A stretch of 61,582 nt of DNA, from positions 1 through 61,582 of the forward strand of contig CAXHJY010000494.1 in assembly GCA_964016885.1 (NCBI GenBank). The letters run 5' to 3'. Shown here piece after piece: positions 29,113-43,360 of the stretch. A program made the position numbers and the translations under genes. The notes under the pieces are model-generated. The model saw only the letters and a list, made by a program, of their open reading frames with translations, was not told the DNA's origin and did no database searches. How positions within the stretch are numbered: the stretch's first letter is position 1; every line of letters starts with the position of its first letter. This DNA is from Eledone cirrhosa. Taxonomy: Eukaryota.

Positions 29113-29159
<47 letters not shown>

Positions 29160-29176
29160 TATAGATAGATAGATAT

Positions 29177-29559
29177 GTTTCTTTATTAGCCACAGGGGCA
29201 CAAAAGAAAGGGACAAATACAAAGGGGGAAATTTACATACAATAAAAACGTGTAAAATATTATCACAAATACAATTTAAAAAATTAGTCGATTTTCCCCA
29301 ATAGGGGGAGACAGTTCATATGGGTAACACATACCCCCGAAAAAATGTGCAACCCTCATCTCCAGGAGTACGAAGAGTTTGTAGCCCTTTCCTCTCTTCC
29401 TCTTTTTCCTAAACCTACAGGCTGATATAGAGAGAAGGCCCATTCACTCGGGCCATTCTCGCCACTTTCACCCACCTTTCATTAAACTTGCTGGGGTACA
29501 GCACCTCTCTCTCAATCCTGATTCTTCTTCCAAAGTGGTGTTTGAAAAAAAGTATCAGT
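29177..29559 (-). mobile_element. Second, diverged copy of the (GATA)n-embedded LINE 3' fragment
   Basis: FFKHHFGRRIRIEREVLYPSKFNERWVKVARMARVNGPSLYISL*; (GATA)n on both sides. Confidence 0.65.
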
Positions 29560-29646
<87 letters not shown>

Positions 29647-29959
29647 TTTAGCGCATTAGTCAGTATATTATTTTTAGTATCATGATTCTCATCATAATAA
29701 TGGCTACCGATATATTATATATATATGTGTGTGTGTATGTGTGTTTAAATATATATAAATAGATATACATATGCGTTTATCGTGTGATTTTATCTAGAGT
29801 CGTATATTCAAACGAAAACAATTAGATATCGTCGTAGAGTCATTTTTCTCATAAACACCCGCACATACATCTTTATATTAAGTTTTACTGTATAAATATG
29901 TTATTAGGTAACCAGAATACTTTTTCGTTGTATGTCTACGGCCTACTCACTAATTCCGT

Positions 29960-30002
<43 letters not shown>

Positions 30003-30301
30003 CGAAGGAAGTGTGGTAAGGAACCAGATGGACCATAACGCACCAAGTACTCAATATTTAGGGTAGTGGAGTGGGTAATAGGAAAATGTTTAACCCCAGA
30101 AATAACCGTCTAAACAGTTTGCGCTCTGCCGTCGGGTTAAATATTTTCCTATATATATATATATATATATGTCCAATAAATTCTTTTCGTCGCAACACTG
30201 ATTCTCTTTTTTCTGTGATCCATACTCTGCTCTATGAGGGCATCGAGTGCTCATACGGCCTACCGCATACGGCGGACGCTTTAAGCATCCAACACAAATT
30301 A

Positions 30302-30337
<36 letters not shown>

Positions 30338-31325
30338 TTCCATGCGTCAGTGGTATTGCCTGTAACTTAATAAACACATACTCTCTCTAGTGTGTTTTCT
30401 TCTCTATATTATATTTGAAGAACCCGGGATTCTTCTTCCTTTGAGCTCATGAATTACCGGGACTAACGCGAGTTTCTGTCTCCGTTACTTCTAACTCAAA
30501 CCATTTAGATGATATTGAATAAATGGAAACTGATTGGAAGCTCGTCAGATGGGCTGTATCAGTAATTCAAAGGACCAACATATTTACACGCTGTATGATG
30601 CTGAATCTCCCTGAGAATTCGTACAGGGTGCACATTTTTGCGGAATTTTCAGTCACTTACACTAAAATACAAGATGGAATATACCTCTAATTCAAAAGGA
30701 CAGGTTTATCACAGACCGTGCCACACTGGATATTTCCAAAAAGTAAGGTACACATGTATGTTGAATGATCAAATTCCTTAAATTCATGATTATTTTGTTC
30801 CGTTAATCCAACAAATAAAACACTCATCCTAGCAACCGATGGAGATCCAGTCCATCCTATGCCATCTAATTCCATCTAATACCATGTAATTCCATCTAAT
30901 TTCTTTCTACAAACCAGAGACAAAATGTGTAATATTAAAAATATACCTACCTAACATTTGATGTTACAGTAAAATTAGGGGGCTAAGTTAACACATTGTA
31001 CTGTTGACTCATGACGGTAAAATTATAGATAATTTCTAATCCGGCAGAACATATCCGACACTTCCGGAATATGAAGAAGCGGCCATCTTTAATTATAGAA
31101 TTTTGTCCTACCTTACTGTCTGTGGCTGCAGGTTTTATTGCTTCATCTTTGCATTAATTTAATCATCCTTCTTATAATTACTCTCCCTTTTTGTTTAGCT
31201 ACATTTGTGTAAATAATTCTTTTATATATCGGTAACAAATTTTACTATATATATATATATGTATATATATACAAAGAGAGAGAAAGAAAGAGAAAGAAAG
31301 TCCTGTAATGAGTGAATGTATATAC

Positions 31326-31357
<32 letters not shown>

Positions 31358-31739
31358 GTATATATATATATATAATGTATATATATGTATATATATATAT
31401 ATATAATGTATATATATATATATATATAATGTATATAATATATATAAATATAATGTATATAATATATATAAATATAATGTATATAATATATATAAATATA
31501 ATGTATATAATATATATAAATATAATGTATATATATATATATATATACAAGGGCGGTGCCCCAGCATGGCCTCAGCCGGATGGCTGAAACAGGTAAAAGA
31601 GTAAAAGAGTTATATAAATATAATGTATATATATATATGTATATATATACATTATACATATATATATATACATTATACATATATATATATACATTATACA
31701 TATATATATATATATAATGTATATAATATATATAAATAT

Positions 31740-31927
31740 AATTGTTTCTACTTTAGGCACAAGGCCAGCAATTACTCAGTGCATTACTGGTACTTTATTT
31801 TATCGACTCCGTAAGGATGAAAGGCAAAGTTAACCTCGGCGGGATTTGAACTCAGATCGTAAAGGGACGTAACTATGCTGGAAAGCATGGCGTCCGACCC
31901 TCTACCGATACTGCCAATCCACCGCCA
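31740..31927 (-). mobile_element. tRNA-SINE, full length
   Basis: Full family sequence ending CTGCCAATCCACCGCC; ATATATATAAATATAAT on both flanks. Confidence 0.88.
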
Positions 31928-32042
31928 TGATATATATAAATATAATGTATATAAATATAATGTATATAATATATATATATGTATAATGTATATATATATG
32001 TATATATATATATATACATTATACATATATATATATATATAT

Positions 32043-34025
32043 GTTCTATATGTGACGGTATTTTAACGATAGTTATAGCTCTGATTCATCTGAATTATTG
32101 AGCCCTCTGCCGCTCATATCGAATTTCGTTTTTCGTGAACTCGTGCGCCGATTTTTCGATACTCGATCTTTCTAATATATTTAGCTCTGGACATAGCTAT
32201 CCACCAGTTAATTTTATTGCTCATTTTTTGTCGATTCTATTGAGTGATGAATAGCTTTTGTTTTATTTTAACATGTCTATTGAGCACTCTAATTCGATAT
32301 GTGTATTTCCACATTCACTCGAATTGTTTTCGCGGATATAGGGGTCATCTCCCTTGTCTAATGCCATGTGCGTTTTTCACCGCTAGTTGACTCCTTTGCC
32401 GCCAGGATAAAACTCGTTGACAACGTAAACTCCGTTCCACTTATTCTAGTAGGCTTTTATATTTATATGTGAGCTGATAGAGTACTGTCTAAGGATTTAC
32501 AGAAACCCATGAAGCTAGATTTAACACCTTTCTAGTGGGTCCGGGTATGATTTTACATTCATTTAAATTATTGACGTATTGTTTTATTGATATTTTTTAT
32601 CTGTTTGGCCCGAATCTTCCTTTATCGATTTTAAATCGTATGGTTGATTGTAGACTTGTTCTATATGTGACGGTATTTTAACGATAGTTATAGCTCTGAT
32701 TCATCTGAATTATTGAGCCCTCTGCCGCTCATATCGAATTTCGTTTTTCGTGAACTCGTGCGCCGATTTTTCGATACTCGATCTTTCTAATATATTTAGC
32801 TCTGGACATAGCTATCCACCAGTTAATTTTATTGCTCATTTTTTGTCGATTCTATTGAGTGATGAATAGCTTTTGTTTTATTTTAACATGTCTATTGAGC
32901 ACTCTAATTCGATATGTGTATTTCCACATTCACTCGAATTGTTTTCGCGGATATAGGGGTCATCTCCCTTGTCTAATGCCATGTGCGTTTTTCACCGCTA
33001 GTTGACTCCTTTGCCGCCAGGATAAAACTCGTTGACAACGTAAACTCCGTTCCACTTATTCTAGTAGGCTTTTATATTTATATGTGAGCTGATAGAGTAC
33101 TGTCTAAGGATTTACAGAAACCCATGAAGCTAGATTTAACACCTTTCTAGTGGGTCCGGGTATGATTTTACATTCATTTAAATTATTGACGTATTGTTTT
33201 ATTGATATTTTTTATCTGTTTGGCCCGAATCTTCCTTTATCGATTTTAAATCGTATGGTTGATTGTAGACTTGTTCTATATGTGACGGTATTTTAACGAT
33301 AGTTATAGCTCTGATTCATCTGAATTATTGAGCCCTCTGCCGCTCATATCGAATTTCGTTTTTCGTGAACTCGTGCGCCGATTTTTCGATACTCGATCTT
33401 TCTAATATATTTAGCTCTGGACATAGCTATCCACCAGTTAATTTTATTGCTCATTTTTTGTCGATTCTATTGAGTGATGAATAGCTTTTGTTTTATTTTA
33501 ACATGTCTATTGAGCACTCTAATTCGATATGTGTATTTCCACATTCACTCGAATTGTTTTCGCGGATATAGGGGTCATCTCCCTTGTCTAATGCCATGTG
33601 CGTTTTTCACCGCTAGTTGACTCCTTTGCCGCCAGGATAAAACTCGTTGACAACGTAAACTCCGTTCCACTTATTCTAGTAGGCTTTTATATTTATATGT
33701 GAGCTGATAGAGTACTGTCTAAGGATTTACAGAAACCCATGAAGCTAGATTTAACACCTTTCTAGTGGGTCCGGGTATGATTTTACATTCATTTAAATTA
33801 TTGACGTATTGTTTTATTGATATTTTTTATCTGTTTGGCCCGAATCTTCCTTTATCGATTTTAAATCGTATGGTTGATTGTAGACTTGTTCTATATGTGA
33901 CGGTATTTTAACGATAGTTATAGCTCTGATTCATCTGAATTATTGAGCCCTCTGCCGCTCATATCGAATTTCGTTTTTCGTGAACTCGTGCGCCGATTTT
34001 TCGATACTCGATCTTTCTAATATAT
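32043..34025. repeat. 615-bp tandem repeat, about 3.2 copies, inside (TA)n
   Basis: Unit start GTTCTATATGTGACGG at 32043, 32658, 33273 and 33888. No differences seen in the segments compared by eye. Confidence 0.97.
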
Positions 34026-34122
34026 ATATATACATATATATATACATGCCTATGTATGTATCGCAAACAGGCACATACACACACCCACACACCAACATGC
34101 GCATTTATACATATATAATATA

Positions 34123-34174
<52 letters not shown>

Positions 34175-34506
34175 TATATATAGAGACATTCCCGTGGGAG
34201 CTGCTTTCCTTCTAAATAATTAAATCGTTTTATGAAGGAATTCGTTGTTGCCTACAACTTATTTGGTAAGATGGTTGGATCTGTGTAGAGACCTGGAGCT
34301 GTGTGAATAATTCTGTTAAAGGTAAGCCATTTCCTGAGAAGCAGGGCTACTGTGGTTAAATTCCTACTGCGACATTTAATTAAATTCTTTGTTACATACA
34401 TTGAAATTGAATCATCTATATAAGACTCCTATGGTCTTCTTCAAATTATGTAGGAGATATACGAAAGCCTTATAACTGTTGTTACGGCTCTGATAATACT
34501 AAAAAT

Positions 34507-34875
34507 AATTGTTTCTACATTTAGCTCAAGGCCAGCAAATTACCCAGTGTATTACTGGTACTTTATTTTATAGACTCCGTAAGCATGGAAGGCAGAGTTA
34601 ACCTCGGCGGGATTTGAACTCAGATCATAAAGGGAGGTAACTCTATGCTTCAAATCATGTGTCCGACCCTCTACCGATACTGCCAATCCACCGCCTTAGT
34701 AATAGTAATAATAGTAATAATGATAATAATTGTTTCTACTTTAGGGACAAGGCCAGCCATTTGAAGGGGAGGGAAAAGTCGATTAAATCAACCCCCACTG
34801 TATTACTGGTACTTTATTTTATCGATCCCGTAAGGCAAAGCTAAGCTTGGCGGGATTATAAAAATAATAACAATC

Positions 34876-34926
<51 letters not shown>

Positions 34927-35095
34927 CTTTTAGGATTAAGAACAAGACCAGTAATGTTTGTGAGGAAGGGAAAGTTGATTAAATAGACTCCAGTCGAGGT
35001 TAATTTTCCTTTCATCCTTGCAGGGTCGATAAAATAAAGTACCAGTAATGCACTGGATGTTTGCTGGCCTTGTGCCAAAAGTAGAAACAATTATT
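34507..35095. mobile_element. Cluster of tRNA-SINE copies and fragments in both orientations
   Basis: Copies at ~34507-34696 (-), ~34729-34855 (-), ~34928-34995 (-) and ~34996-35095 (+), separated by (TAA)n or (TAG)n. Confidence 0.8.
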
Positions 35096-35224
35096 ATTAA
35101 TAGTAGTAGTAGTAGTAGTAATAGTAGCAGTAGTAGTAGCAGTAGTAGTAGTAGCAGCATCAGCAGCAGCATCAGCAGGAGCAGCAGCAGCAGAAGCAGC
35201 AGTAGTAGTAGCAGGAGCAGCAGC

Positions 35225-35255
<31 letters not shown>

Positions 35256-35397
35256 GCAGTAATGGTAGTAGCAGTAGTGGTGGTGGTGGTGGTGGCGATG
35301 GTAATAATAATAATTGGTTCTACTTTTGGCACAAGGTCAACAATATTTTGAAGGAAATGGGAATGTCGATTACATCGGTTGAATTTGGAATCGTGAC

Positions 35398-36790
35398 TGT
35401 GCTGCTTGTGGTGGTGGTGGTGCTGCTTGTGGTGGTGGTGGTGCTGCTGCTTGTGGTGGCGGTGGTGCTGCTTGTGGTGGTGGTGGTGCTGCTGCTTGTG
35501 GTGGTGGTGGTGCTGCTTGTGGTGGTGGTGGTGCTGCTTGTGGTGGTGGTGGTGCTGCTGCTTGTGGTGGCGGTGGTGCTGCTTGTGGTGGTGGTGGTGC
35601 TGCTGCTTGTGGTGGTGCTGGTGCTGCTTGTGGTGGCGGTGGTGCTGCTTGTGGTGGTGGTGGTATTGCTTGTGGTGGTGGTGGTGCTGCTTGTGGTGGC
35701 GGTGGTGCTGCTTGTGGTGGTGGTGGTGGTGGTGCTGCTTGTGGTGGTGGTGGTGTTGCTTGTGGTGGTGGTGATGCTGCTTGTGGTGGTGGTGGTGCTG
35801 CTTGTGGTGGCGGTGGTGCTGCTTGTGGTGGTGGTGGTGCTGCTTGTGGTGGTGGTGGTGCTGCTTGTGGTGGTGGTGGTGCTGCTGCTTGTGGTGGTGG
35901 TGGTGGTGCTGCTTGTGGTGGTGGTGGTGCTGCTTGTGGTGGTGGTGGTGCTGCTTGTGGTGGAGGTGGTGCTGCTTGTGGTGGTGGTGCTGCTGCTTGT
36001 GGTGGCGGTGGTGCTGCTTGTGGTGGTGGTGGTGCTGCTTGTGGTGGCGGTGGTGCTGCTTGTGGTGGTGGTGGTGCTGCTTGTGGTGGCGCTGGTGCTG
36101 CTTGTGGTGGTGGTGCTGCTGCTTGTGGTGGTGGTGGTGCTGCTGCTTGTGATGGCGGTGGTGCTGCTTGTGGTGGCGGTGGTGCTGCTTGTGGTGGCGC
36201 TGGTGCTGCTTGTGGTGGCGGTGGTGCTGCTTGTGGTGGTGGTGGTGCTGCTTGTGGTGGTGGTGGTGCTGCTTGTGGTGGCGGTGGTGCTGCTTGTGGT
36301 GGTGGTGCTGCTGCTTGTGGTGGTGGTGGTGCTGCTGCTTGTGATGGCGGTGGTGCTGCTTGTGGTGGCGGTGGTGCTGCTTGTGGTGGCGGTGGTGCTG
36401 CTTGTGGTGGCGGTGGTGCTGCTGCTTGTGATGGCGCTGGTGCTGCTTGTGGTGGCGGTGGTGCTGCTTGTGGTGGTGGTGGTGCTGCTTGTGGTGGTGG
36501 TGGTGCTGCTTGTGGTGGTGGTGGTGCTGCTTGTGGTGGTGGTGGTGCTGCTTGTGGTGGTGGTGGTACTGATTGTGGTGGTGGTGGTGCTGCTGCTTTT
36601 GATGGCGGTGGTGCTGCTTGTGGTGGCGCTGGTGCTGCTTGTGGTGGCGGTGGTGCTGCTTGTGGTGGTGGTGGTGCTGCTTGTGGTGGTGGTGGTGCTG
36701 CTTGTGGTGGTGGTGGTGCTGCTTGTGGTGGTGGTGGTGCTGCTTGTGGTGGTGGTGGTGCTGCTTGTGGTGCTGTTATTGTTGGTGGTG
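35398..36790. repeat. 21/24-bp triplet-based minisatellite, (GTG)4-5 CTG CTT
   Basis: Direct inspection. Confidence 0.95.
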
Positions 36791-37753
36791 TTGTTGTGGC
36801 TGCTTGGTTTCTTTTTGTATAAAGTAAATATTCTTTTTAAAAAAATATTATCTCCCTACAGTAATGTGTGTGTCTGTGTGTATGTGTGTGTGAGTGTATG
36901 CGATGTGTGCGTATATGTGTGTGTGTGTGTGTGTGAGTATATGTGTGTGTGTGTTTATGTGTGTGTCTGTATGTCTGTGTGTAATATGCAACCATTAATA
37001 TATTACCCTTCCTTTTGGTTTAGTTGTTATTGTTGTGGAAATGGAAATATTCTTTAAAACACACACACACGTGTGTGTATGTGTCTGTCTGTCTGTCTCT
37101 GAGTGTGTGTGTCTGTGTGTGTCTATGTGTCTATGACTGTGTGTGTATGTGTGTATGTGCGTATGTGTGTGCGCGTGCGCGTGTCTGTGTATGTGTGTAT
37201 GTGGCTGTGTGTGTATGTGTCTGACATATGCAACCATTAAATATGAGCTTTCGTTTTGCTTTTGTTGTTGTTATTGTTAGTGTTGTTGTTGTTTTTGCTG
37301 TATAAATAATCTTTTAAAAATTATTACGTCCCTATACGTTGGGCTTAAATTTTTTTGGCTATTAAAATTTTTATTGTTTATTCCACTTTGATAAACTGTA
37401 ATGAACCAGCAGAACCAGAGACATAATTATCAAAGAGTAAAGATTTTCAGATGGCCAAAAGTGTTTTGATATATGCACCTAATATACTCTTCATTAATTA
37501 TATAGAGTGTATTGGGTACATCCGTGATTCCTTGAATGCTCATCTTGTATGATATTGAAATATTTAATGTGAGCTGAATGAGAGAAGATGAAAAACTTTC
37601 ATTGGCGTTTCATTGGATTGAGACGGAAAAAACTCGTAATAGAAGATAAATTTAATGTTTTAATAAGATTATATATGATATCAATCCCAAGTGCAAAATT
37701 CTATGACTGGCTGGCTGGCTGGATTATCTCCTGTGAAATAAACACGTGAACAG

Positions 37754-37793
<40 letters not shown>

Positions 37794-37844
37794 TATATAT
37801 ATGTGCATATACATATATATACATATAAATTCATATGTGTGTGT

Positions 37845-37880
<36 letters not shown>

Positions 37881-38382
37881 ATAATAATAAATTTGAAGAC
37901 TAAAATCCAAAGAGGGCTCGATAAGGATAAATATATATCAAATATATAAGAACCGTAGAACAAATTTTTATTAAAATAACAGATTAAAGTTTAAGCAAAG
38001 AATCGCTGCTTTCACCCTTAACGGCATTTTCTGAAACTCAGAAGATCCTGTTAAGGGTGAAAGCAGCGATTCTTTGCTTAAATTTTAATCTGTTATTTTA
38101 ATATATATCACAGAAAAAAGATGATCAGTGTTGCGACAAAAGGGATTTATTGGACATATTACAAATGTTTCTCGGGCGACCAGCTCGAGGCTCTACGAGG
38201 GCATTGAGTGCTCATACGGCCTACCGCATACAGACGCTTTAAGCATCCAACACCAATTATATATATGTATATATTATATATGTATATATATATGTATATA
38301 TATTATATATATGTATATACATATATGTATATAATATGTATATATATATATATGTATATACATATATGTATATACATATATG

Positions 38383-38480
<98 letters not shown>

Positions 38481-38550
38481 AATATATATATATATATGTG
38501 TGTGAGTGTGTGTGTATGTGTATTGCAACAGCTAAATATTCGATTTACCC

Positions 38551-38588
<38 letters not shown>

Positions 38589-38650
38589 TATCAAACCTTG
38601 TTTGTAAATAACATTATTCTTTCTGCACCTTCTCTTTAAACATTTCACTA

Positions 38651-38690
38651 TCATTTGATAATGCATAAAAATGTTGAAACCGGTAATAGA
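38651..38690 (+). ncRNA. Minimal hammerhead motif (U3-A8 core)
   Basis: AT-TTGATAA-tGCAT aaaa ATGTt-GAA-ACCGGT-A-AT, in a cassette next to (TA)n. Confidence 0.55.
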
Positions 38691-38932
38691 CAAGGATTAA
38701 ATATATAAATAGATAAATAAATGCCATTGTTAAATAATAAATAAATCAACTAATACCTTAACACTTCACACGAAATAAAACACTTCGTTTTAATCATTTT
38801 CTAACCCAGAAAAAAGAGAGAGAAACAAAAAAGGAAAAAACTATATTTTTCTTCCTAATAATCGTCTCTTTCTCCGTTTTCATATATATATATATATATC
38901 CTAACTCGTGTGCTTCCTCTCCACATTTTATT

Positions 38933-39012
<80 letters not shown>

Positions 39013-39354
39013 TATATATATATAAATATATATATATATAAATGAAAGGTATAGAAATTGTTGTGAGCGTGAAGCCATATATATATATATATATATATAT
39101 AAATGAGAGGTATAGAGATTGTTTTAGCAAGAAGCTAACGGCATTCTATAACATATATGCGACTATAACGTCAAGATGGGAAAAGTAGTTAACGAAAGAT
39201 TTAGGAAAAATAACTCAAACTCATCTCAAAAGAGAATCAGGATATAAATTCATCCACAGAATTTAGTAAAATTCAGGGAAAAATCTATAGACCTTTAACT
39301 CATGATAAAATAAAGTTTGAAACACTTATCCTTCAATTTGGAATAACATCAAAT

Positions 39355-39435
39355 GCTCTGTATAGTCTTAAAAGACTATTTCATGAAAACTTTCAGTGGA
39401 GATGGTCACGGTTGGATTTCATTCATCAGCAGAGC
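39355..39435 (-). ncRNA. Type I hammerhead ribozyme, same family as 16137-16213
   Basis: Minus strand: GCTCTG-CTGATGA-ATGAAA...TTTCAT-GAA-ATAGTCTT tt AAGACTAT-A-CAGAGC. Confidence 0.85.
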
Positions 39436-39680
39436 TCAACAGAAACCAGGGCTCTCACAGTAATATAATCCGAAAAAGGGAGTTCTAAAACTGGCTAGTT
39501 CGCCTTCATGTGTATTTATGAAAAAGCACATGAGGAAAAAACGGGGCTAGTGACGTCAGGATGGAAGTGAATGTTTATTTACAAGAAATAGCATATATAT
39601 ATATATATATATATATGTGTTCGTATGTGAATGTGGTGTGTGCGTACACGGCCATAGGCATACATATATACATATATGTA

Positions 39681-39760
<80 letters not shown>

Positions 39761-40182
39761 TGTGTGTGCATGTGCATGTGCATGTATATCTGTATATGTA
39801 TCTATATGTGTATATATATATATATATATATGTGTATGTAGGTGTGTGTATCGGATCTGTATATGTGTGTATATATGTGTCTATATGTGTATATGTGTAT
39901 ATTTATATATGTATCTGTGTGAATGTGTGTGTATATATGTGTCTATATGTATGTATGTGGGCGTATATGTGTATATATGTGTATACATGTGTGTATGTGC
40001 GTATATGTATGTATATGTGTGTATATGTGTGTATAATATGTGTGTATACGTGATTAACAGTATAACTCTCAAGTTAAAAAGGTTAAACCCAACATGAAAT
40101 CTTGTGGAAAAACATCAGACATAAATTGTAGAAATTATCTTTCTTTACACATCAGTTATCAAATAAATCCTTATATTTACTT

Positions 40183-41435
40183 ACACCACACCACACTAGA
40201 CCACACAACACTACACCACACAACACTACACTACACCACACCACACCACACTGCACCACACCACACCACACTACACCACACCATACCACACTACACCACA
40301 CCACACTGCACCACACTGCACCACAGCACACCACACCACACACCACACCACACTACACCACACCACACCGCACCACACCACACCACACCACACCATACCA
40401 TACCACACTGTACCATGCCACACCACACCACACCATACATGCCACACCATACAATACCACACCACACCACACCACACCGTACCACACCACACCATACCAT
40501 GCCACAGCGCACCACACCATACCATGCCACACCACACCATACCATACCACACCATACCACACCACACCACACCGCACCACACCATACCATACCATACCAC
40601 ACTGTACCATGCCACACCAAACCACACCATACATGCCACACCACACCATACCACACCACACCAAACCATGCCACACCACACCATACCACACCACACCACA
40701 CCAATCCATGCCACACCATGCCACACCACACCATACATACCACACCACACCACATCAAACCACACCATACCACACCACACCACATCAAACCATGCCACAC
40801 CACACCACACCACGCCACACCATACATGCCAGACCATACCACACCAAACCATGCCATGCCACACCGCACACACCATACCATGCCACACCACACCACACCA
40901 CACCATACCATACTACACCACACCATACCATACCACACCACACCACACTACATACCATACCACACCATACCATGCCACACCACACCACACCACACCACAC
41001 AACATACCATACCACACCATACCACACTACACAACATACCATACCACACCATACCATGCCACACCACACCACACAACATACCATACCATACCACACCACA
41101 CCACACCACACTACACAACATACCATACCACACCAAACCATGCCATGCCACGCCACACCACACAATACCACACAATACCATGCCACACCACACCACACTA
41201 CACAACATACCACACCATACCATGCCACACCACACCACACCACACAACATACCATACCACACCAAACCATGCCATGCCATGCCACGCCACACCACACAAT
41301 ACCACACAATACCATACCATACAACACCATACCACACAATACCGCACAATACCATAGCACACGATACCACACCATACCACACAATACCACACCACACATC
41401 GCAATACCACACCATACCAAACCACACCACACAAT
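40183..41435. repeat. Degenerate pentanucleotide satellite (CCACA/CCATA/CCATG)
   Basis: Direct inspection. Confidence 0.95.
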
Positions 41436-42084
41436 ACGAAATATTTTATTCAAATAGGTTTAATAGAAAATAGATATTGATCTCAGCTCTGGTATATTGA
41501 ATAATTATATACTCTGGGATTAAATCGTATTCCAATGTCGCAGCTAGTTTACACCAGAATAACCTCTATCACGTCATAGACTAGCTAGTGTTTGTCTATG
41601 ATATGATAGCTATACTAGACCACTCGTGACTCGTTCGGTTACGCTCACTTTAAAAAAAATTCTTTTGAAATCATGTTCATTTAAAAATAATTTTAAGATA
41701 ATTAAAATATATACAGACCTGAATATAATGTAAAATGAAATGTTCAATCTACTCTCTCACAACCACTATTATCTCTTTCGCTCTATCCTTCCCTCTCTCT
41801 ATTTATGAAGTGAAGGTACCCGGAAAAAACCCTGTATCTCGGGAACCCGTGCTCCGATTTACGCGAAACTCGTTTTATTCCATTCGTATCCCCATTTCAG
41901 GGACAATTTCCTGTCAACATATTTTCCCACTATGCACCGTTTTGGCTGTATTACATTACAGACAAGCACGCAATTACAGAGTTTTAGTAGTATACAGAAT
42001 ATAATACAGGTACACCACCGATTTTCCGGAATTGTTGGTTCGAGGGCCGTGCCGGTTTATCCTTTTTGCCGGACTAAATAATAG

Positions 42085-42262
42085 TTTCTAATTTAGACAT
42101 AAAACCAACGATTTGTGGAGTAAGGGAACGTCGATTAAACTGACCCCAGTATATTACTGGTATTTTATTTTATCTACCCATAAGGATGAAAGAAAGGAAA
42201 AGCTAACCTTGGTGGGATTGAACTCGCAATGTAAAGGGATGTAACTATATGCCACAAAGCCT
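42085..42262 (-). mobile_element. tRNA-SINE copy, diverged
   Basis: Family signature present. Confidence 0.7.
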
Positions 42263-42355
42263 ACTTATTTGTGTGCGTGTGTGCATCAAATGTACCTTAT
42301 GTATATATATATATATATATATATAAGTTTATAAATATATATATATATATATATA

Positions 42356-43227
42356 GTAATAATAATAAATGTGAAGACTAAAATCTAAAGAGGGCTCGAT
42401 AAGGATAAATATATATCAAATATATAAGAACCGTAGAGCAAATATTTATTAAAATAACAGATTAAAGTTTAAGCAAAGAATAGCTGCTTTCACCCTTAAC
42501 GGGATCTTCTGAAACTAACAAAGTCAATCTGAGAATATTTAAAAAAACGTTGCAACCGGAGGAAGACAGGAAGTCGATACTTTAGTTCGTGGAAACGTTC
42601 CCTGGCAAAGAACGGGAAAAACGAATATAATACGTCATTTGTATAATGCGTGTATTTGTGTACCTATGGCGAGTGTTTTCGCGTATGCTTGTGTATGTAC
42701 GTATATGGATGCGTGTATGTATTTATTTAATTTCAATAACCTCTGTATTTTATTTACTTTATTCTTAACTCTGAAGCCGAGAATCATTCGGTTTCCTAGT
42801 TAGAATTTTAGTCTACGACTTCAGTTATACCATTTACATGGTTTTGTCTTTGCGTGCAATTGTTCTCTTTGCTCCACATATGACGTATTATCTTCGTTTT
42901 TTCCGTTCATTGCCAGAGAACGTCTCTATGAACCACCTAATAGAATATTAGTCTACGACTTCTTTTATACTATAAACGTGGTTTTGTCTTTGCGTGTAAT
43001 TATTTTCACCGCACCAAATAATGACGTGTTATCTTCGTTTTTTCCCGTTTTTTGCCAGGGAACGTTTCCACGAACCAAAGTATCGTCTTCCTGTCTTCCT
43101 CCGGTGGCAACAGTTTTTTGAAATATTCACTTTTGCGTTCACAGATTGACTTTGTTAGTTTCAGAAGATCCCGTTAAGGGTGAAAGCAGCGATTCTTTGC
43201 TTAAACATTAATCTGTTATTTTAATAA

Positions 43228-43230
<3 letters not shown>
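42356..43230. mobile_element. Longest family B fold-back cassette
   Basis: ~42445-42640 is the reverse complement of ~43020-43230. Internal tandem duplication ~42800-42930 and ~42940-43075. (TA)n on both sides. Confidence 0.85.
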
Positions 43231-43279
<49 letters not shown>

Positions 43280-43360
43280 GAGATAAGCGAAGCAAGTAAG
43301 ATTCAAACAATTTTTTTAAATAAATTAAAAAATATAATTTAAATATTTACCTGTTCCTTT

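Noticed and set aside
35048-37057. 669-aa Val/Leu ORF
   Set aside because: It runs through SINE fragments, (TAG)n, a minisatellite and (TG)n. Open only because the repeats lack stops.
40094-41473. 459-aa His/Thr/Pro ORF
   Set aside because: Pentanucleotide satellite open in most frames on both strands.
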